From Candidatus Micrarchaeia archaeon (GTDB lineage: Archaea > Micrarchaeota > Micrarchaeia > Burarchaeales > JAVZCV01): 63,569 nt of DNA. Of the stretch, positions 10,887 to 18,826 are shown piece after piece. The position numbers and the translations under genes were made by a program. The stretch's first letter is position 1. Each line of letters starts with the position of its first letter. The stretch spans positions 98,427 to 161,995 of the forward strand of contig JAVZCV010000001.1 in assembly GCA_038874215.1 (NCBI GenBank). The letters are read 5' to 3'. Below the pieces are notes generated by a model. The model did not search any database and was not told the origin of the DNA. It saw nothing but the letters and a program-made list of their open reading frames with translations.

Positions 10887-11750
10887 CTAAAGCTCTTCAG
10901 AAACACGCAATGCTATTTCCTTAACGATATTTACAGAGATATCGTCGGTCTCATCCCCTATGACGAGCGCCTGCTGGAATGCGGCTTCAAGGAAGGCTGT
11001 CTTCATGTCTGTTCCTTCTTCCATCGCAGCGGCACAGTATTTTGCCATTTTTATTGCTCCGTCAACAGATAGCCCCTGCCTTAGTGCTGTCTCTCTCTTA
11101 GCGATTTTTCTCGTTTCTTCGGCAAATTTCATTATTGCATTTACGACACGCTCGTTAGCTTTGCTTCTATCAATTAGCACATTTCGCTCAACGCTTGCGG
11201 GCGGGTAGTCCATGAATATTGGTACAAAACGCCTCTTCAAAGCCGAGCTCATCCTGAATGTCCCTTCGTCTCCTATGTTCGCAGTTGCTACCACAACCCA
11301 GTCTTCTGGTTTTTTTATTATTGCCTCTTCATGCTCAAGGGGTAGATAACCTCGGGAGAGAAGAAGGAAAAGGCCAGAGTATGCACTTGTAGGCGCCCTC
11401 GTGAATTCATCTATCAACAGATTTTTGTTTTCTTTGAGGCAGCGCGTGACGACCCCATCTTTGAAAAGTTTCTTTCCCCCTGAAAGGGCGAGTGGATGAA
11501 AACCGCCTATCAGTTGGTATTCCGTCATGCCTTCTGTTGCCTCTATTTTCAGAAAATCTCCAAAAAATGAGAGAACGTGCTCGGCGAGCGTTGTTTTTCC
11601 ATTGCCAGCAGGCCCGTAGAGCATTATCGGGTAGCCCATCTTTATGTAGCGGAGCATTTTCAGTATAACGGGTTCTTGCCCTTTCACTTCCGAAGTTGCG
11701 ATTATTTTTTCATAATCTTCTTTTTTTATGTCTGAAGGTTTTATTGCCAT
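10887..11750 (-). CDS. AAA+ ATPase, MoxR/AAA_5 (CbbQ/NorQ-like)
   Basis: Walker A LYGPAGNGKTTLA and Walker B LLIDEFTRA; lies 8 nt upstream of the VWA partner. Confidence 0.85.
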   Translation of the reverse strand: MAIKPSDIKKEDYEKIIATSEVKGQEPVILKMLRYIKMGYPIMLYGPAGNGKTTLAEHVLSFFGDFLKIEATEGMTEYQLIGGFHPLALSGGKKLFKDGVVTRCLKENKNLLIDEFTRAPTSAYSGLFLLLSRGYLPLEHEEAIIKKPEDWVVVATANIGDEGTFRMSSALKRRFVPIFMDYPPASVERNVLIDRSKANERVVNAIMKFAEETRKIAKRETALRQGLSVDGAIKMAKYCAAAMEEGTDMKTAFLEAAFQQALVIGDETDDISVNIVKEIALRVSEEL

Positions 11751-11804
11751 AAGTTAATCTCTCGGCGCAAATATTTAAAACTCTTTAAAGCGAGGTAATA
11801 AGCC

Positions 11805-12965
11805 ATGAAAGAGAAAAACAAGAATTTTCAGAAATTCATAGAGCCGCTTGCATTAGAGGGCAATGAAAATGTTGCGGATTTTGTTGAAAATGTCTATGGG
11901 AACTCAGGATACAACGCAAGAAAGCTCGCCGATGCATGCAGGATTTTTTCAAAGATGATAAGGGAGAACTCAACGATATGCATAACGCTCGCTGGCGCCA
12001 TGACTCCCATAGGCATGGGCGGGCCTCTTATAAGACTTGTTGAAAACGGTTTCGTTGATTTCATAATATCAACGGGTGCAAACCTTTACCATGACCTGCA
12101 CCGCGCTTTTGATTACCCTGTCATGCAAGGGAGCGAAAAGGTTGACGATGAAAGACTGTATAGGCAGGGTATTTCTCGCATCTATGATGTTTTTATAGAG
12201 GACGGTGAGACTTTGTTGAATACGGACAAGTGCATTATTGATGCCATAAGAAGCACGCATATTGGCGGAACGGTGTCAACGGCAGAGCTTAACAACACGA
12301 TAGGCAGAAGGGTACTTGCAACAGCGCCCCATCCCGAGAAATCTCTGCTTGCAACATGCGCCAAGCATGATGTGCCCGTGTATACGCCCGCAGCTGGTGA
12401 TTCTTCAATAGGCATGAACATCGTGCTTCCATACATATTCGGGCAGAGGGTTTCAATAGACCCCATTCTGGATATAATAGAAACGACCGCAATAGTGGCG
12501 GCGGCAGAAAAAAACGGTGTTGTGGTGGTGGGTGGCGGCGCACCAAAAAATTTCTACCTTCAGACGCAACCCGTTCTTTGGCAGATATTTATGGATGAAA
12601 GGGGAGGGCACGATTATTTCATACAGCTAACTACTGACTCTCCACAATGGGGTGGCTTGTCTGGCGCAACTCCGCAGGAAGCAAAATCGTGGGGCAAGGT
12701 TAGGAACCCTCACAATAATGCAACCGTAGTGTATTCCTGCGCCTCAATAACCTTCCCAATTCTTGCGCAACATGCCCTCATGCGCAACAAACCACGCACA
12801 ATGAAGAAGCTTTATGCAAAAAGGGGAGAGCTTGTAAGAAGGCTTATCAAAAAGTCCGTAGTGGGGAACAAAAGGTTGATGAGGAGAATAGGTCGTTGGG
12901 CAAAACCAGAGAAGTGTGAGGAGATATTAAGATATTACGAGAAGAAGACGGAAGGAGCATGCTGA
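11805..12965 (+). CDS. dys: deoxyhypusine synthase
   Basis: Motifs GAMTPIGMGG, STGANLYHD, GGGAPKNF, GGLSGATPQEAKSWGK. Confidence 0.9.
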   Translation: MKEKNKNFQKFIEPLALEGNENVADFVENVYGNSGYNARKLADACRIFSKMIRENSTICITLAGAMTPIGMGGPLIRLVENGFVDFIISTGANLYHDLHRAFDYPVMQGSEKVDDERLYRQGISRIYDVFIEDGETLLNTDKCIIDAIRSTHIGGTVSTAELNNTIGRRVLATAPHPEKSLLATCAKHDVPVYTPAAGDSSIGMNIVLPYIFGQRVSIDPILDIIETTAIVAAAEKNGVVVVGGGAPKNFYLQTQPVLWQIFMDERGGHDYFIQLTTDSPQWGGLSGATPQEAKSWGKVRNPHNNATVVYSCASITFPILAQHALMRNKPRTMKKLYAKRGELVRRLIKKSVVGNKRLMRRIGRWAKPEKCEEILRYYEKKTEGAC

Positions 12966-13007
12966 GGATGGGGAAGTATTATTTACTTTTATTTTTCTAA
13001 TATATTC

Positions 13008-13305
13008 GCAGCGGATAGGTCGGGAGGCTAGGGGTCTCCTGTAACCACAAATCCCCTTGCGGTGGGACCGAAAGACCGGTTGCGCTTCTGTCGGGTGCAG
13101 GCACGCTCTGCGTACTGGCGTTGAGGTCTTGCCTCTTGGGACGATGCGCTATGTGAAACGGGTCAGGCCGGAAGGAGCAGCCCTAAGCATAAACGTCATC
13201 TTTCAAAAAAGACGGTGAAATGCATCGTGCTCAGAGCCAACAGGACCGAGCAAAGGCGCAGAAAACGGTCTGTATCCGAAGATGCAAGACCGGAGCCTCC
13301 GCTGC
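13008..13305 (+). ncRNA. ffs: signal recognition particle (7S) RNA
   Basis: Universal helix-8 motif GGTCAGGCCGGAAGGAGCAGCC at 13161-13182 and Alu-domain CCTGTAACC. The 5' GCAGCGGA..GGAGGCT pairs with the 3' AGCCTCCGCTGC. About 298 nt, the typical archaeal size. Confidence 0.9.
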
Positions 13306-13309
13306 ATGC

Positions 13310-13508
13310 GCTGGGATCGCCTAGCGGTTCAGGCTTTGTAGCTAAAAGCTTGAGCAAAGAACAAAGCTTGCGTTAAAGGGCGGCAGCCTGCTATGTTCCT
13401 TCCTGCGTGGAAAGGAAAAGCAGCAAGCTGTTTGGCCATTCGGCCATCGTGGGTTCGAAAGAGTCGCCCATTCATAAACTGCCTCGTCCGAAAATCCCAC
13501 TCCCAGCG
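13310..13508 (+). tRNA. tRNA-Ser(GCU) with three predicted introns
   Basis: Acceptor GCTGGGA/TCCCAGC plus discriminator G. D-arm GCC-TAGCGGTTCA-GGC. Anticodon stem GCAGC/GCTGT with loop CT-GCT-A|A. Long variable arm TTGGCCATTCGGCCATC. T-stem GTGGG/CCCAC. Exons about 13310-13334, 13382-13393, 13426-13459, 13495-13508 (85 nt mature). Introns about 47, 32 and 35 nt. Confidence 0.8.
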
Positions 13509-13510
13509 CT

Positions 13511-13527
13511 TAATTATTTTTTTCTCT
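13511..13527 (+). terminator. oligo-T tract downstream of SRP RNA/tRNA-Ser
   Basis: TAATTATTTTTTTCTCTT immediately 3' of the tRNA; archaeal termination commonly occurs at T-runs. Confidence 0.4.
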
Positions 13528-13570
13528 TAATATGCAACATCTGCGAGCATGGGCTGACGACTCTGATACA

Positions 13571-13578
13571 TTTAAAAT
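13571..13578 (+). promoter_or_regulatory. TATA-box candidate for tRNA-Ile
   Basis: TTTAAAAT about 30-35 nt upstream of the tRNA 5' end. Confidence 0.4.
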
Positions 13579-13607
13579 CCTCACACGCATAACGTTATCC
13601 GTCATGC

Positions 13608-13682
13608 GGGCCCATAGCTTAGCCTGGTTGGAGCGCTCGGCTGATAACCGGGAGGTCGCCGGTTCGAATCCGGCTGGGCCCA
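13608..13682 (+). tRNA. tRNA-Ile(GAU), intron-less
   Basis: Clean cloverleaf: acceptor GGGCCCA/TGGGCCC+A, D-stem GCTT/GAGC, anticodon stem CTCGG/CCGGG with loop CT-GAT-AA, T-arm GCCGG-TTCGAAT-CCGGC. Confidence 0.93.
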
Positions 13683-13750
13683 CTAATTGTAGATTCCTTT
13701 ATATACTTTTTTTACCATAATATTATCTAAAACGATTTGCGGGTTATTGA

Positions 13751-14941
13751 ATGGATGAAAAGAAAAGAGGTAAGGATATTTTTTACAAGGATTTAGAGCG
13801 GGAGATAGAAGGGAGGAATGTTTCGGTAGGGTTTGAAAGAAAAGGGGATAGGCTGATAATAAAGGCTGAGAAGGTTAGGGGGAATGTAGAAAGCATAAAA
13901 CGCGCGATAAAGGAGCAGGTAGAAAAAAGGCGTGGGGACAACGAATTTTTACAGCTTGTTGAAGAAATTGAGAGAGATATATCAAAAATAGAGGGAGAGT
14001 TGCGCATACTTAGAAAAAAACTGGAAGTTTTGCGCTTCGCTGCAGAGGAGTATGTCTCCGAGCCAGCTGCGGGTAGAAGTGAGGGCGAGGATGAGGAACA
14101 AAGTGAGGCAGTTGTGTATGCTGTTGCTACTGGGAAAAAAAAGGAGTTTGAGGCTGGAAGAAATGAAAATAATGGTAATCCGGGGATGCACGCAGTGAAT
14201 TCAAAAAAACAAAGGCCCGAAATTCCGCCCGCACCAGACTACATACCCGTAATAGAGTTTAGTTCTTCTTCTGATGAAGAAAAAGGTGTGAGGGTTGAGT
14301 CTGGCTGGAGAGACCTATATCCCGAGAATACGGTGGCATTCAACACTGATTTCATGATGGGAATAGAGAAAGTAGGTATAGCGGAGGAAAAGAAGGGGGA
14401 GGAGCGAGTCCTTGAGATAAACGAGAGAATAGCAAGGGAGATTGCAAGCATTGCAGAATTCGGAGTGCAGAAGGAGAGCGAATCTCCTTTTGAAGGTTTT
14501 TTTGGAAGCGTCTCTTCTGTTATATCGTCTTTTGTAGCGTACCCTTCAAAGTTTTTGGGTAAGAAGGAGAGCTCCGAGGCTCAGGAGTGGAAAGCCGGCA
14601 TGGAGCCTGTGGGGAGAGAGAGTTATGACGGCAGTTTTGAAAAAGCACAGACAAGCACTGAAACGTATCCTGTAGAAGAATCGTTAGAAAAGCCGATAAC
14701 GATGCCCGAGGCACCCGAATATGTTCCTCAGATAACTGAATTTGACATATTTCGGGGGAAGTATCTTAGCTTGCAGTCAAACAGGGCGCTTACAGTAGAG
14801 GAGATTGCAAGGATTACGGGGGATAACGAAGCGGATGTGAAGGGGTGGCTAACAAGACTTGTAGGTGAAGGGGTTGTAAAAAAAGTAAAAAGAAGAAAGA
14901 AGGGCGCATATGTAGATGCGTATATTATTTTAGAAAAATAG
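13751..14941 (+). CDS. hypothetical acidic protein with N-terminal coiled coil and C-terminal winged-helix-like domain
   Basis: 396-aa ORF. Charged heptad-like N-terminus, low-complexity E/S-rich middle, C-terminus LTVEEIARITGDNEADVKGWLTRLVGEGVVKKV resembling a wHTH. Confidence 0.6.
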   Translation: MDEKKRGKDIFYKDLEREIEGRNVSVGFERKGDRLIIKAEKVRGNVESIKRAIKEQVEKRRGDNEFLQLVEEIERDISKIEGELRILRKKLEVLRFAAEEYVSEPAAGRSEGEDEEQSEAVVYAVATGKKKEFEAGRNENNGNPGMHAVNSKKQRPEIPPAPDYIPVIEFSSSSDEEKGVRVESGWRDLYPENTVAFNTDFMMGIEKVGIAEEKKGEERVLEINERIAREIASIAEFGVQKESESPFEGFFGSVSSVISSFVAYPSKFLGKKESSEAQEWKAGMEPVGRESYDGSFEKAQTSTETYPVEESLEKPITMPEAPEYVPQITEFDIFRGKYLSLQSNRALTVEEIARITGDNEADVKGWLTRLVGEGVVKKVKRRKKGAYVDAYIILEK

Positions 14942-14945
14942 AGGG

Positions 14946-16622
14946 TTAGGCTCTTTTCGCTATAACATACATCGCATGAGACCATGAAAGCGGAATTACC
15001 CACTTTGGCTTGAAAGCCGTATCAACCTGCTCAGGAAGAAAGCCGAACCTGTTTGCGCATTTCTCCACTTTCTCTAAAAGTGCAGAGGCACGCTCGTTTT
15101 CGCCTATCACCTTGTAGTACCAAGCAAGCCATGCGGTGCATAGTGGCCATGCGCTTTCGCCCCTTGGATAAACGTCAAACTCATAACGCATGAGGCCTGC
15201 TTCTGTCATAAGGCGTTTTTCTATCGTTTTTATGGTTGATAGCATCCGTTCATCTTTTGGTTCTATTACTTCAAATGGAACTGCTATTCCGATTAGGCTG
15301 GAATCTACGGTGCTGTCGCGTGCCGAAACGTCCACTGAGCGCATGAACCTTTTTGAATGCTTCTCCCAAAAGCGTTCTGAGAACGCTGCTTTTATGCTGT
15401 TCGCATCATGAAGCCATCTCTCTTCAGCCAACCCCAAATCCCCAAGCATTTGATGGGCTTTTATTAGCCCGCAGTATGCAGACGCATATGTATATGCGTG
15501 GAAGGATTTTCTCTCCTCCCAAAGGTCTGTTTGGGGAAGCGGGATTTTGGTGCAATTGGCTATATAGTCCGCACAGCTGCGTATTTCTTTTGCGATTTCT
15601 TTAACAAATTTATCATCTTCAAATGCCTTCCAGTATTCCCAAACCGCCCATATGAAAGTGCCAGCCTGGTCAAGTTGTAGGGACCACGATGGTGCTGGAT
15701 TGCCATTTGTGTAGTATCTTTGCCTGAACTCCCCCCTTATGCCTACTCCTGCAATCCATTGCAAGAGTCGTTTTGCTCTTTCCTGTTCGTTAAGGCATGT
15801 AAGCGCCTTCGCTACATATGAACAGTCTCTTACCCATGAAAAACCGTAGCCACCACAGTATCTGAATTCTGGGTCTATCTCTGGTGCGGCGATTATAGCG
15901 CCATTCTCGTGTTGCAGAACCCTAAAAACATAGCGAGATGCACGGATAAGCTTATCCCCGTCAGCATTATTCTGCCAGAACTCTGCCGTGCGTTTTTCCA
16001 TCTCTTCATAACTTTCGGCTTTTTCCAAAACATTGAGAATTTCTTTTGAGCTTAGCCCAGCAGCAATCAGAACTTTAGCATTTGGTTCCAGAATTGCCGC
16101 TGCGCCGCAGTCCTTCATAGCAAATCTGTTTCTATCAAGGCATCCGCTCTCAAGCTCCTCTACGAGGTTTCCATATCCGCATGCATAGTCTAAGAAATCA
16201 CCTTTCATCCCGAAGCAGTAGTTCCGTTTATAGAAAAGAAATATGCCGTCTGTGTATTCAACCCCGCTTCCAATGCTTGTCGTTCCTATTCTCATTTTCC
16301 ACAAAAGCGCAGATTCCCCGCCATGGTTAATTTTCAATGCGAAAATAGGCTCGTATGCATCAACGAACATGTTGAAGTAGCCGGTTGAAAGTATAAAGCC
16401 GTTAAGGCTTGCGTCTTTCTCTTCTAATTCAATCCAACGCAGTTTTTTAGCTGGTGAGTTCAGTTGCTTCTCGTACAATCCAAGTTTTAGGATGACGTCG
16501 TGAACTTCGTCTATGGGATAGAAAAAGCGCCGAACCTCAAGCGTATTTCCGAGAGCAACGTTAAGCTTTCCGTTTCCGAGCAAAACGCTGTAAAGCAGGG
16601 ATTTCTCGTAGTTAAAATCCAT
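14946..16622 (-). CDS. glycoside hydrolase family 15 (glucoamylase/trehalase-like)
   Basis: GYGFSWVRDCSY, LPEQVD and PLSWSHAMY motifs of the GH15 (alpha/alpha)6 barrel. Confidence 0.85.
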   Translation of the reverse strand: MDFNYEKSLLYSVLLGNGKLNVALGNTLEVRRFFYPIDEVHDVILKLGLYEKQLNSPAKKLRWIELEEKDASLNGFILSTGYFNMFVDAYEPIFALKINHGGESALLWKMRIGTTSIGSGVEYTDGIFLFYKRNYCFGMKGDFLDYACGYGNLVEELESGCLDRNRFAMKDCGAAAILEPNAKVLIAAGLSSKEILNVLEKAESYEEMEKRTAEFWQNNADGDKLIRASRYVFRVLQHENGAIIAAPEIDPEFRYCGGYGFSWVRDCSYVAKALTCLNEQERAKRLLQWIAGVGIRGEFRQRYYTNGNPAPSWSLQLDQAGTFIWAVWEYWKAFEDDKFVKEIAKEIRSCADYIANCTKIPLPQTDLWEERKSFHAYTYASAYCGLIKAHQMLGDLGLAEERWLHDANSIKAAFSERFWEKHSKRFMRSVDVSARDSTVDSSLIGIAVPFEVIEPKDERMLSTIKTIEKRLMTEAGLMRYEFDVYPRGESAWPLCTAWLAWYYKVIGENERASALLEKVEKCANRFGFLPEQVDTAFKPKWVIPLSWSHAMYVIAKRA

Positions 16623-16743
16623 GATAACCCCTTATGACTACCTCTGCGCCCATGATTTATGTTCATTCTAGGAGTCCCGAATTTTAAATATATGCGCCCC
16701 CAGCGGACGATGCAAATGGAAATATGCGTGAGACGCCCATAAC

Positions 16744-17394
16744 TCACTTTTTGTATATTATAACGATGTTGGAAGCGAACTGTGGAAAAGAGTAGGTCAT
16801 GGGCATTGTAAATTTGTATATCCAGCTTATCGGGAGTATCGTATCTATGCTCCCAGTAAATGTACGTATGCCTATCCCAATTTTTTCTACTATATCCAAG
16901 CCGTTTTCCTTGCCCATCGCCTCAAGCGTTTTCAAATCAAAATGGTAAATATGGTCGCCTCTGCCCCTCTTTCCAAACCAGAATGCATTCGGGGTTGAGA
17001 GAATCAGAATTCCGTCTTTTTTTAGCAACTCGCACCATTTTTTGAATGCAAACTGGGGATTTGTAAGATGTTCTATTATCTCTATTGCAAATATCATGTC
17101 ATAGCTGGACTTTTTGCAAATTGGCGGGGGGTCGTGCGCATCCCCAACAAAAAAAGATACGTTTTTGTAAGACCCTTTCATCGCAGATATTACTGCGGGA
17201 TCTATATCAAAAGCATCTATCTCGTAATTGTCGTCATTACCTAAAATTTCTGATGCCAAGGAGTAGTTGCAACCTATGTCAAGGCATTTGCCGCCGCTTT
17301 TGTGTTTTTTAATTATATCGTGCACTACCTTTCTTAGTTGGTTGTGATAAGCCTTGCTCCAGTTGCTGAAGAATATGCGTTGGATTTTTGCCAT
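16744..17394 (-). CDS. class I SAM-dependent methyltransferase
   Basis: Motif I CLDIGCNYS, motif II-like DAFDID, FAIEIIEHL. Confidence 0.8.
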   Translation of the reverse strand: MAKIQRIFFSNWSKAYHNQLRKVVHDIIKKHKSGGKCLDIGCNYSLASEILGNDDNYEIDAFDIDPAVISAMKGSYKNVSFFVGDAHDPPPICKKSSYDMIFAIEIIEHLTNPQFAFKKWCELLKKDGILILSTPNAFWFGKRGRGDHIYHFDLKTLEAMGKENGLDIVEKIGIGIRTFTGSIDTILPISWIYKFTMPMTYSFPQFASNIVIIYKK

Positions 17395-17541
17395 TGCTAG
17401 TGGATTGCATAAAAATATATAAAAAAGCTCCAGAGAGCGCTGCTCTGGCAGGAATACTTCGGCAACGCGATAGATTTATTAATGTGAATGGGTAAGTAGT
17501 ATGTGTCTTATTTCTGCATAGGAGATTTTCGGAGTGATAAA

Positions 17542-18018
17542 ATGTATTTACTGTATAATGCGCCAAATAATGCTGGTCGGAGTAGGGCTAGTAGGAAGCA
17601 TCGTCTTCCCTATACTCGCGATAGATTTTTGCAAGTGCATAGGGCGCTCCGAACTGCAAGCAAATTGGTCCTAGAATCTTTAACAACAGGACAGGCAATA
17701 AAGGTAAGAGAAGCTCTTGAGAAACTCCGCGATGGAATGAAAGGAAGATTCTCGGATGAGGACATGGAGGATATGATTCTATCAGTAGCATATCATATAT
17801 ACACAGAAATAAAGAAGGGAAAAACAGTTTTTGATGAGTTGGTGGAGAAGGTTGGGCGTTTGAATTTGGAATGTGCAGAAGGCATGACAGCGGAGGAGAG
17901 GCTTGCGCCAATTTTAGCCCAGCTTGGGATAAAACTGTTGCCTTTTGATAGGAGAGTGGAGGCTAGGGCGGTTTTTAAGACTATTTTTGACCTTGGCTTG
18001 CCAGTGAATGGAGCGTAG
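17542..18018 (+). CDS. hypothetical protein
   Basis: Open frame 17503-18018. The start is uncertain: GTG 17503, ATG 17542 or an internal TTG. No recognisable motif. Confidence 0.4.
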   Translation: MYLLYNAPNNAGRSRASRKHRLPYTRDRFLQVHRALRTASKLVLESLTTGQAIKVREALEKLRDGMKGRFSDEDMEDMILSVAYHIYTEIKKGKTVFDELVEKVGRLNLECAEGMTAEERLAPILAQLGIKLLPFDRRVEARAVFKTIFDLGLPVNGA

Positions 18019-18050
18019 AATATTTATAGGCTCCTACGTATTTCTTCTGT

Positions 18051-18791
18051 ATGCCAGAAAAAAAACCTGCTTTCATTTTTAGGCTACCTGATGGGAGGGA
18101 GGTAGAAAAGGCGAGAACGATTGAGGAGTTTTGCACCTGCATTATGAAAGTTCCTATAGCTTCCGTAATATATCACCAGATACGAGGCGATTTTTCTCGG
18201 TGGCTTAGGGATATCGGCTATAAGAATGCTGCTGAGAGTATTGAGGAGTATAAACAAGGGGAGAATATCAGGATGGATATCGTTTCGCTTGTTCTGGAGA
18301 ACATAGACGAGCTTCCCAACGATGCAGTCCGCTTTATGAGATGCATTGAATGCGGAGCACGCATGCGGAAGTTCCTAATCTGCTCGTACTGTGGGATGCC
18401 ACACTGCAAAAACCACATAATAACGATTGGTGGGAAAAGTGGCGCCATAGTAGAAATATGCCCGAAATGCATAACTCGGTTTGAAAGGTATCTTCCCTAC
18501 GAGTTCGTATTTCGCGGCGAAGGAGGTAAAGAGATAGGGAGGGCGAGAGACCTGAGGAGGTTTGTGGAGATTGCAGACATCGTCCCAGAAAGCGTTTTGA
18601 AGGGGCATTTCCTTAACTGGGATTTTGCACAGTGGTTTGAGAGCATTGGCGAATTTGAGGCGGCACGCAATTTTAGGCTTCTTGGAGAATGGTTGAGAAA
18701 GCCGCGGAGGGTTGAGAGTTGGAAAAAACTGCTTTTTGACTGCATGTTCCGCGATGTGGATGCGATATTCTTCAAGCCGAGACGCGTCTGA
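18051..18791 (+). CDS. hypothetical protein with an internally duplicated module flanking a Cys4 zinc ribbon
   Basis: The N-terminal module FIFRLPDGREVEKARTIEEF...GDFSRWLRDIGY recurs as FVFRGEGGKEIGRARDLRRF...WDFAQWFESIGE. Between the two copies lies CIECG..CSYCG..CPKC. Confidence 0.65.
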   Translation: MPEKKPAFIFRLPDGREVEKARTIEEFCTCIMKVPIASVIYHQIRGDFSRWLRDIGYKNAAESIEEYKQGENIRMDIVSLVLENIDELPNDAVRFMRCIECGARMRKFLICSYCGMPHCKNHIITIGGKSGAIVEICPKCITRFERYLPYEFVFRGEGGKEIGRARDLRRFVEIADIVPESVLKGHFLNWDFAQWFESIGEFEAARNFRLLGEWLRKPRRVESWKKLLFDCMFRDVDAIFFKPRRV

Positions 18792-18826
18792 TTACTCCGA
18801 ATTTTTCTTCGTGGATAACTCCCCAG

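Noticed and set aside
13407-13720. Track ORFs 13407-13592 and 13532-13720.
   Set aside because: They overlap the tRNA-Ser exons/introns and tRNA-Ile. They have no coding signal and the region is explained by RNA genes.
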